This document shows positions 56,890 to 64,000 of a DNA stretch of 64,000 bases, one piece after another. Source of the DNA: a virus (taxonomy: Duplodnaviria > Heunggongvirae > Uroviricota > Caudoviricetes); the IMG/VR virus record IMGVR_UViG_3300026549_000001, positions 58,569 to 122,568 of that record; one strand, given 5' to 3'. The notes under the pieces were generated by a model that worked only from the letters and a program-made list of their open reading frames with translations, searched no databases and had not been told where the DNA came from. Every line of letters starts with the position of its first letter. Positions within the stretch are counted from its first letter, which is position 1. The position numbers and the translations under genes are program-made.

Positions 56890-59607
56890 CTAAAAACGAT
56901 TACCAATATGTTTAACTCGTCTATTATGAATGGCTTTGGCTCTGTTAATTCTATCTTTGATTTCTTTATTAGCTTCATTTAGATTAATACCATAAACAAC
57001 AAGTACCAATAATCCATAAAGAATCAGTTTAATAATACCTTGTCCTACTAAAGCATTAAAAGCTATTACTAATATAAATAGTTTCAAACAAGCCAAACAA
57101 TATCCTACAAAATATTTCTTCAAGGATTTACCAAAATCTGAAAAGCCTTGATTTTCTTTAGCTACCTCGACAATAGAATGATATATTAAAGAGAAGAATG
57201 TTACAAATAACATTAACAAATTCTTTAATTTCATAAAAATAGCGGGAGCAAAAGATATGAGTAAAATTAGTGAATATGTAACCATTAAACCGCTCTGTGT
57301 GCCAAGTTCGGGTTCTAAAATTTTACTACCTGAATATGTATATTTCACATTGCCGTCCGCATCAATTTGCGGAGAAATATTCATTTGAGCATCTAATACC
57401 CTAAAAGTATCGGCGGCAATAGTAGTATCTTGAGCGGTTGTATACATAGTTGGGAATTTTATTTCTGTTGGCACAGAATCTTTACCACTCATATAATTAT
57501 AGTCTATATGATATTTACTTTGGCAACTGTAAAGATAAGCCGCCCAGTTGCGAATATATGTAGAATTACCAACAGGAACTATTACATCTCCTGTATAGTT
57601 AGCACTATCATATAGTACGCCATTTTGTCCTACCAGTTGCGAAAGGTCAGCATCTTGGGGTATGTAACTTTGTGGCATTTTTTTGGCATCTTCAACATCG
57701 GCAAATTGGGTATATAATTCATCATACTGTCTGCCGAACTGTCCTTTACACCACGGCTCAAAAACTGTTATTCTCCATAACATAGCTTCAATAGTTTTTG
57801 TTCCGTCTGTACTACCAACCACATCATCTTCATATACCTGTTCTGTAAGAGCAGACTCAAATACATTATCTATAACAGTTGCAGATTTATATATTAGTTC
57901 TGTAAATGCTTTTGGGTGGTCGCATATTACCAAAATAAGAGCAACAGCAATTACACCTGTAAAGAATCTTGTTAATATGTGTTTAATACTTCCTCTTTTA
58001 CCCGTGGCATAATTGATTGCGTGTTTGACTAACGACCATACAAAAAATATAGCCATTATTCCTACTATTATTTTAATAATAGGAACTGCCGCATTGTTCC
58101 ATATCTCAAAATCTGTTAATTTATCTGCAACCCAACGAAGAGTTGATATAACTGTATCGCCCATCAAGAATGATACTAATGCTGTTATATATTTAGCCAC
58201 CTCTATTCTAAAAGAGGCTCTAACATAAGTGCTACCATTAAACCTATTTGTTTCTATTTGTGATACTCGTGGGTCTTGCTGTCCTTCTTGAATATCTGCA
58301 TTGGTTAAAACTTGCGGTCTACCCTCATACACATTACATGACAAATATCTATGTGTTGTATAAAATATAGTATCTTTTATAGTTAGACTGTTCATCATGT
58401 CTTGTGTATATGCTGAAAATATATGGTCTAACAACTGAATGGGTTGTGTTGCTTCTCCATAATATCTGTAAAAATGCAAATCTGAACCAAATAGGTCGTA
58501 TAGACTATATTTCTTTTCCCCATTTGCATCAGGATATTGTGTATTTTCCTCTCCACCCTCAACATAAGATGGTATGCTTTTTAATATAGCGATAGCGGCA
58601 TCTTCAGCATACTTATCAGCAGTACCGCCAACATCAAAGGCAAATCCTGTACTTTGTGGTAATTGTATTGCTCTGCCTGATAGCTCTTGAATAGCACTCT
58701 TATCTTCGATTGTTTTTATGTAATTTAAGCCTTTATATTTAAAAGGAACATTAGCCTTTTTTAATATCATTCGAGCATATCTTATGTCAGGCTTACAGTT
58801 TTCAAATAAAGTAAACCAAGCCCGTGCATATTCTTCTCTTGTTGTGTCAGGTTCATTATTTCCACATCCTTCAACAACCCACTTCCACTTATTAGCCGCT
58901 TCCTCTACATTTGTAATATTTGCATATTCTCCTAAAATGTAGTTTGAGTGTCCGTCTTGATAATTACCCTCGTGACGAAGAATTTGAACTAATTGGGTAT
59001 CTAAATCATACCAACGCTCTCCAACCTGTGAGGCATAATTCATAAGGTTAGATGCTCTAACACCTGTAAATTGTATATGTCCAATTCCAGGCATATAGTG
59101 TCCATCACCAATATATGCTCCTGTATGAATTAAATGAGTTGTACCATTAGGTTGTACTGCCGCTACCGATATGTGGTCGTCTTGCGAAGCCTCTAATCCC
59201 CAACCATTAGAAGCATAGTATGGAAATAAGAAATTAACAGTATAATAACAAAGGGATTCTGCTGATTCAGCTATGTCAGATTTTTTGTCATTCCAAACAT
59301 ATAATGCCTTGTCATCCGCAGTCCACCCGTCTTGATTTCGATAGTCTAACCACCCTTCAAATAGGGTGCTATCTATTTGTGATTCGCGTTCAGCATTACC
59401 TATCCACCCTGCCGCCGCTTCTTTTGATAATCCCGCGCATATTGCAACAGACCAAATTTTATAAGCATTTCTCTGTTTAGGATTAGATATTGAATCAACA
59501 CTTGTAAATCCACCAGATGCAGATACTTTAATAGGTAAAGTGAAAAAAATGGATAGGATAATAATGCCACATAAAAATAGCGATAATAGTTTATGACTAT
59601 TTTTCAT
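56890..59607 (-). CDS. phage-tail-lysozyme-like domain fused to a VirB6-like membrane region
   Basis: GLSKEAAAGWIGNAERES...GIGHIQFT...DLDTQL; two C-terminal TM clusters. Confidence 0.7.
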   Translation of the reverse strand: MKNSHKLLSLFLCGIIILSIFFTLPIKVSASGGFTSVDSISNPKQRNAYKIWSVAICAGLSKEAAAGWIGNAERESQIDSTLFEGWLDYRNQDGWTADDKALYVWNDKKSDIAESAESLCYYTVNFLFPYYASNGWGLEASQDDHISVAAVQPNGTTHLIHTGAYIGDGHYMPGIGHIQFTGVRASNLMNYASQVGERWYDLDTQLVQILRHEGNYQDGHSNYILGEYANITNVEEAANKWKWVVEGCGNNEPDTTREEYARAWFTLFENCKPDIRYARMILKKANVPFKYKGLNYIKTIEDKSAIQELSGRAIQLPQSTGFAFDVGGTADKYAEDAAIAILKSIPSYVEGGEENTQYPDANGEKKYSLYDLFGSDLHFYRYYGEATQPIQLLDHIFSAYTQDMMNSLTIKDTIFYTTHRYLSCNVYEGRPQVLTNADIQEGQQDPRVSQIETNRFNGSTYVRASFRIEVAKYITALVSFLMGDTVISTLRWVADKLTDFEIWNNAAVPIIKIIVGIMAIFFVWSLVKHAINYATGKRGSIKHILTRFFTGVIAVALILVICDHPKAFTELIYKSATVIDNVFESALTEQVYEDDVVGSTDGTKTIEAMLWRITVFEPWCKGQFGRQYDELYTQFADVEDAKKMPQSYIPQDADLSQLVGQNGVLYDSANYTGDVIVPVGNSTYIRNWAAYLYSCQSKYHIDYNYMSGKDSVPTEIKFPTMYTTAQDTTIAADTFRVLDAQMNISPQIDADGNVKYTYSGSKILEPELGTQSGLMVTYSLILLISFAPAIFMKLKNLLMLFVTFFSLIYHSIVEVAKENQGFSDFGKSLKKYFVGYCLACLKLFILVIAFNALVGQGIIKLILYGLLVLVVYGINLNEANKEIKDRINRAKAIHNRRVKHIGNRF

Positions 59608-59614
59608 CTTTATA

Positions 59615-62600
59615 CTATTCTCCTTCCCCATTAGTATCTGTTGATGTATTATTTGTTTCGTCTACTGCGGAATTATTTGAACCTTCTTGCTGTTCTTTTA
59701 TTCTACGCTCATGTTCCTCTGCTGATATTTTAGTACCGTTGTCTGTTATAAATTCTTGTGCGCCAGTTTCACGGTTGTAACGAATATTTGTTCCTTGCTT
59801 ACGCATATAATCATTATAACTTTCAATTTGACGAAGTTCTAAATCAGTCATGTGTTCACCGCTCTTAATGCGTTGGTTAATCGCTCTGAAGTGCTGTTCA
59901 TATTCATCTTGATATTTACCCGCACTTGCATAAGCGGCATTTACGCTACCATCTTCATTGAACATCTTTTCTCTGTCAAAGTATTCGTCATATTCGTTTT
60001 CAATGTCTGAACGCTCACGGTCTCTTGCAAGTTGTTCTCTTGCTTTTCTACGCTTGTTAGACTCGTGACAAAGTACCATTGCAATAGGTTGTAATGTGAA
60101 TGGGAAATACTGTCTTGTTTTATTCCACATTCTAAAAAAGAATATAGTTAAAGCGTATAATGTAATTTCTGCAATAAGTCCAACAAAACCTTCTATTGTT
60201 CCGTTTAATTTAATACAGAAACCCGCCCATAAACCAATAACAACCATAGCCAATAATGGAGTAAATACTTCAGCTAATATTTGTTTCCATCCTTTATGCT
60301 CTGCGGCTTTCGCTAATACCACACGGAACATAAAGATATATAATTGAAACCAAAACCAAATGAAAGTCAATAGTTTTACTAATGATAAGAATAAAACTAA
60401 TATAACATTCAATAGTTTTGTAATCATATCTAAAGTACCACTTTGGAATTTTCCATTATAGTTTTCATTAGCTTCAACAGATAGATTTATTTTATCTCCA
60501 CTTTGATTAAGTGATATTCTCGGAGCAAGGAAGTGGTCTAATACTCTATAAGCATTATTGTTTATTCTTTTACCATTTATCAGATGTCCGTTTTCATCCA
60601 TAAGGCTTAATAAACTTCCACTATGTCCATGATATTCAAAAGAATCTAATAATATTATGCTCCAATGTTTTATATCAGCCTGTCCTATCTTCGGGTAATT
60701 GTCATCATCTCTTATACCAATAGTTTCAGGGAGGTTTTGAGCTTCAGCAGTAGCCACCAATTGACTGTCAGCCATTAAGCCGTGTCCTGTATTATACGCA
60801 CTCCATATATCTAAATAAGGAATATAATATGCTACTGCGGGGTCTCTATCATCACCATCACCAAAGAGATAGGTTAGGTTGCCGTCATCAAGCATTACAG
60901 TTTCACCAAAATTCATAACCCAATTGATAGGAGTTTTGACTTTATTCCACATCCCATCAGGATTTATCATCATTAAGGTAAACAAACCTACTTCAAAGGC
61001 TAATACTAAAAACATACTTATTATTTTTAATAATGCCTTGCCGCCTTTTGTTATATAACTATATATAGCGGCAACGGTTTTCCATATAAATACCATTGCT
61101 AAAAATAACATCAATATAGTTACAAAAGCATTGTCCCAAAGGCTTGAGGGGCTTAATCCGTTATCCTCAAAAACATCAAAATTTATGAGTTGTTGAAATA
61201 AAACAGACCATTCTGTAAGACTTCCCGCTAAATCAATTATTTTTGGTTGTAATTTAAAATACATATTAAATCCAACATGAGCGGGTAATATATTTGATAC
61301 AACTCCACCTACAAAATGTGAACGGTAAATTGCTACTCGTGGGTCAACAATATCATAATTGGCTTGGTCGTCAGGAGTCATGGACTCTACATCATAAGGC
61401 ATAACTCTTTCATCTAATATTGTTTGGGTTTCTAATTCATTATCATCGTTCCAAAACCTAAACATTTTATAAATCATACTACAAAAGATTTCCATTACTT
61501 CAGGATAATATGCTCCTGAAAATTCTCGAATACAATTTATAATTTTTATTGCATCTTCTCTTGATATAGTATCATTTATATTATATTGAGAAAGGTCTAT
61601 TGCTTTGTATAATCCACCCAAAGCCCACAAATCACCAAAACATATAGTTGCTTTTTCATCAGAATATGCGGTACTCCAACATTCGTTATCTTCTCCCATA
61701 TTCTTTATCATACATTGATTATATTGTATATACCATTCATCTATACCATATCTTTTTTTAGCATCATCATGTTCACTACCCGCGAAAAATGTTTTAATTC
61801 CCGACCAAACCTTATTTGTAACACTTGCATCTGAAGCAGACTTACCGCTGTTCATTTTATTTTCAAACTTGCGTAATTTATCTTTCTTTTCTTGCCAAGC
61901 ATCATATAGGGCTGTTATTTTGTCAACTTCTGAAAAAATAGCCGAAAGCTCTTCATCATCATCGGGAATATCCATTATTTTTTCAAACGGAGGTGCGCCA
62001 TATTGTGCAACAGGTTCTTTAGTGTTGAAGTTGTATAAATGAGTTAAAATAATATCAGAAAATCTATAAAAGCCATCTTCGGACTGTGTAAGATTTAATG
62101 CAGACTGTTCTAAAGATGTGTCTTCTATTCTGCCGCTAAAATAAGGATTATATGTAGTTACATCAATGTTTTCCATATCAAAGCCTGTGTGGTCTGCATT
62201 AGTGTCAGCTAACCACGCTCTTACTGCATTAGTTAAAGCATTTCTCCATTCCACAACAGAACACATTTCGTTTAATGAATACCATTGATGATTATATGTG
62301 GATAATAGCCATTGTAATTCTTTTCCAATAGCCATTGCACTATAATTCTTATATTCTCTTACATCAGTATCACTAAATGTTTCTATATTGGCAACAGTTT
62401 CTTTGTAGCCACCTACTAAAAACATTGAATCCGCAACATAGTTATCTGTTATATCTCTACCATTACGCATATAAAAAATTAATCTGCGTAATTGTCCAAC
62501 AGTTATATTTAACCGTTGACTTTGGAAAACCTTTTGTGCTTGTTCAACTTCTGGTTTAGTAGTATATAAATTTAAGAAATCTGTTGCGCCCTTATCTCCA

Positions 62601-63493
62601 TGACGGGAGGCATATTCTGTACCACTATTTCTTATTTTTAGGGGTTTTTCAACTCCATCAAATTCAGCCGTTTCTGATATAGACTCTATAAAATGGTCAT
62701 GATGGTCTGCACCATTAAACCCACTTTCATCTTCATTAGCCCCGTGTTTATAATGATAGCCGTTATTCCAACTATCATCATTTTTATAAGTTTGAATGTA
62801 TTTATAACAGTATGGCAAATAGTAATGTTGAATGAACCATACCAACTGTTCACTTTTATCACCGTATTCGTGATTCCAATATGTGATAGTTTGATAATTT
62901 CGTGCATCGGGGGGTTGTATAAAACTGCACCCAAATAAGAAAGATGCTATTGCTCTAACAAACCCTTCAAACCAACCAGTAGGTACAATATTTTGTACTG
63001 ACATATACAGTTTCGGGTATTCCCCCCAGTATGTATAATTTGGCAATTTGAAACCATATCTTGTAATAGCATTTACTTTATCTGCACTATCTCCAACAGG
63101 CACTTTTCCTGTAGTATCGTTTACATCATAACATTCATCTGTGTAGCCATCTGCAATAGAAGCAGTAACTAAATTTTTAGCCAACATTTGCAGATTAGGT
63201 GTATTCCAATAGCCTTTAATTTTCCAAGTACCATCATCATCACGATATTTCTTTAATACGGTAAAGGTTTTAAATGAGAATACCCAAGCAAGCGCACCCA
63301 CAGGGTCACGAATTACTTCTTGTAGAGAAAAATCAAATAATTCTTTAACTGCTTTTCCTTCTACAATATAATAAGAATTTCCATCTGTATCTTCGTCATC
63401 TTTGACATAAGGTACAGCAAAAACGGGTAATGTACTCAAGGAAATTACCACAAAAAGAATAAAGGCTATTAATCGGGTAAAGGATTTCTTCAA
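59615..63493 (-). CDS. large VirB6-like polytopic membrane protein
   Basis: signal peptide, long extracellular region, two TM clusters; shares YxGE and DPRV motifs with its neighbour. Confidence 0.6.
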   Translation of the reverse strand: MKKSFTRLIAFILFVVISLSTLPVFAVPYVKDDEDTDGNSYYIVEGKAVKELFDFSLQEVIRDPVGALAWVFSFKTFTVLKKYRDDDGTWKIKGYWNTPNLQMLAKNLVTASIADGYTDECYDVNDTTGKVPVGDSADKVNAITRYGFKLPNYTYWGEYPKLYMSVQNIVPTGWFEGFVRAIASFLFGCSFIQPPDARNYQTITYWNHEYGDKSEQLVWFIQHYYLPYCYKYIQTYKNDDSWNNGYHYKHGANEDESGFNGADHHDHFIESISETAEFDGVEKPLKIRNSGTEYASRHGDKGATDFLNLYTTKPEVEQAQKVFQSQRLNITVGQLRRLIFYMRNGRDITDNYVADSMFLVGGYKETVANIETFSDTDVREYKNYSAMAIGKELQWLLSTYNHQWYSLNEMCSVVEWRNALTNAVRAWLADTNADHTGFDMENIDVTTYNPYFSGRIEDTSLEQSALNLTQSEDGFYRFSDIILTHLYNFNTKEPVAQYGAPPFEKIMDIPDDDEELSAIFSEVDKITALYDAWQEKKDKLRKFENKMNSGKSASDASVTNKVWSGIKTFFAGSEHDDAKKRYGIDEWYIQYNQCMIKNMGEDNECWSTAYSDEKATICFGDLWALGGLYKAIDLSQYNINDTISREDAIKIINCIREFSGAYYPEVMEIFCSMIYKMFRFWNDDNELETQTILDERVMPYDVESMTPDDQANYDIVDPRVAIYRSHFVGGVVSNILPAHVGFNMYFKLQPKIIDLAGSLTEWSVLFQQLINFDVFEDNGLSPSSLWDNAFVTILMLFLAMVFIWKTVAAIYSYITKGGKALLKIISMFLVLAFEVGLFTLMMINPDGMWNKVKTPINWVMNFGETVMLDDGNLTYLFGDGDDRDPAVAYYIPYLDIWSAYNTGHGLMADSQLVATAEAQNLPETIGIRDDDNYPKIGQADIKHWSIILLDSFEYHGHSGSLLSLMDENGHLINGKRINNNAYRVLDHFLAPRISLNQSGDKINLSVEANENYNGKFQSGTLDMITKLLNVILVLFLSLVKLLTFIWFWFQLYIFMFRVVLAKAAEHKGWKQILAEVFTPLLAMVVIGLWAGFCIKLNGTIEGFVGLIAEITLYALTIFFFRMWNKTRQYFPFTLQPIAMVLCHESNKRRKAREQLARDRERSDIENEYDEYFDREKMFNEDGSVNAAYASAGKYQDEYEQHFRAINQRIKSGEHMTDLELRQIESYNDYMRKQGTNIRYNRETGAQEFITDNGTKISAEEHERRIKEQQEGSNNSAVDETNNTSTDTNGEGE

Positions 63494-63514
63494 GCCATTA
63501 CCACTCCTTTCATT

Positions 63515-64000
63515 TTAATTTATTTCGATAGTACAACCATCATCTTCTACTGTGGTTGAAACTATTGTGTATTCCGTTGATAATATATCTTCTTCCTCGA
63601 CTTGCTCACCTACATCGTCTATGTTAGGCTCAATAGGAGTATCTACATTGTCAATAGGATTATATACCGTTTCCTGATTATTCTGCTTATCAAATGAAAT
63701 ATTTGATATGAAATCGGGGTCTGGTTGTGGGGAAGAATATTCCGAAGAATCAAATGCAAGAATTAGATTAAATAGTAATGGTAGTAAAATTAATCCTACT
63801 GCAAAAATATCTTCTTTTCCAAAGGCTCTGCTTTTTTGAATATTTAAAACCGCGCTTATAACAAAAGCAATTAGTGAGCTAATAATGAATATTATAATTC
63901 CCAAGAAAGGAATCCACATTAAAAAGCTACCTATACAAGCCGCAATAAGGGGAATAAAGAACCAACGAGTTTTCCAAAATAGTCTATACTCTATATAAGA
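63515..64000 (-). CDS. DUF5684-like membrane protein, 5' end outside the window
   Basis: frame is open to the edge (SYIEYRLFWKTRW...); AFGK...GLILLP...ILAFDSSEY. Confidence 0.6.
   Translation of the reverse strand, partial: SYIEYRLFWKTRWFFIPLIAACIGSFLMWIPFLGIIIFIISSLIAFVISAVLNIQKSRAFGKEDIFAVGLILLPLLFNLILAFDSSEYSSPQPDPDFISNISFDKQNNQETVYNPIDNVDTPIEPNIDDVGEQVEEEDILSTEYTIVSTTVEDDGCTIEIN

Noticed and set aside
1347-62938. Numerous plus-strand and nested ORFs in the six-frame track (for example 4001..4369, 33204..33689, 41142..41642, 54245..54718)
   Set aside because: They are antisense shadows of well-supported minus-strand genes, with no RBS or motifs; only 12883..13089 is kept.
1-64000. Calling the element a phage
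   Set aside because: Gene density and nrdD are phage-like, but no terminase, capsid, portal or tail genes are visible and conjugation-type genes dominate; a phage-plasmid cannot be excluded from this window.

Overview
AT-rich (roughly 30% GC by eye) segment of a large extrachromosomal or integrative element, most likely from a clostridial (Firmicutes) host. Nearly all credible genes are on the minus strand. The right half (about 31-64 kb) is a Gram-positive conjugation/T4SS-like region: a VirD4-like ATPase with a LAGLIDADG intein, three VirB6-like membrane proteins (one fused to a phage-tail-lysozyme-like domain), a TcpC/VirB8-like protein, a pilin-like protein, CHAP-like and NlpC/P60 hydrolases, signal peptidase I, class B sortase, a ParA/MinD-like ATPase, and SSB-like and DivIVA-like proteins. 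The middle carries a class III ribonucleotide reductase set (nrdD, nrdG, glutaredoxin-like). The left half is dense with small phage-like ORFs, lipoproteins, a TnpB, endonucleases and an AT-rich candidate origin with four NrdR-box-like sites. No phage structural genes, tRNA, rRNA or CRISPR array were recognised. The main finding is a membrane-anchored FtsK/TcpA-like ATPase scattered over at least 15 kb. It is encoded by three extein-bearing genes (15600-14299, 5153-4683, 2340-2002) plus a predicted fourth beyond the window edge. Rebuilding it needs one cis class-3 intein and two apparently three-piece split inteins. These have 9-aa and 12-aa N-terminal intein tags, and their catalytic middle domains are free-standing, extein-less genes (12781-12254 and 912-562). 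All family assignments come from motif recognition by eye; no searches were run.
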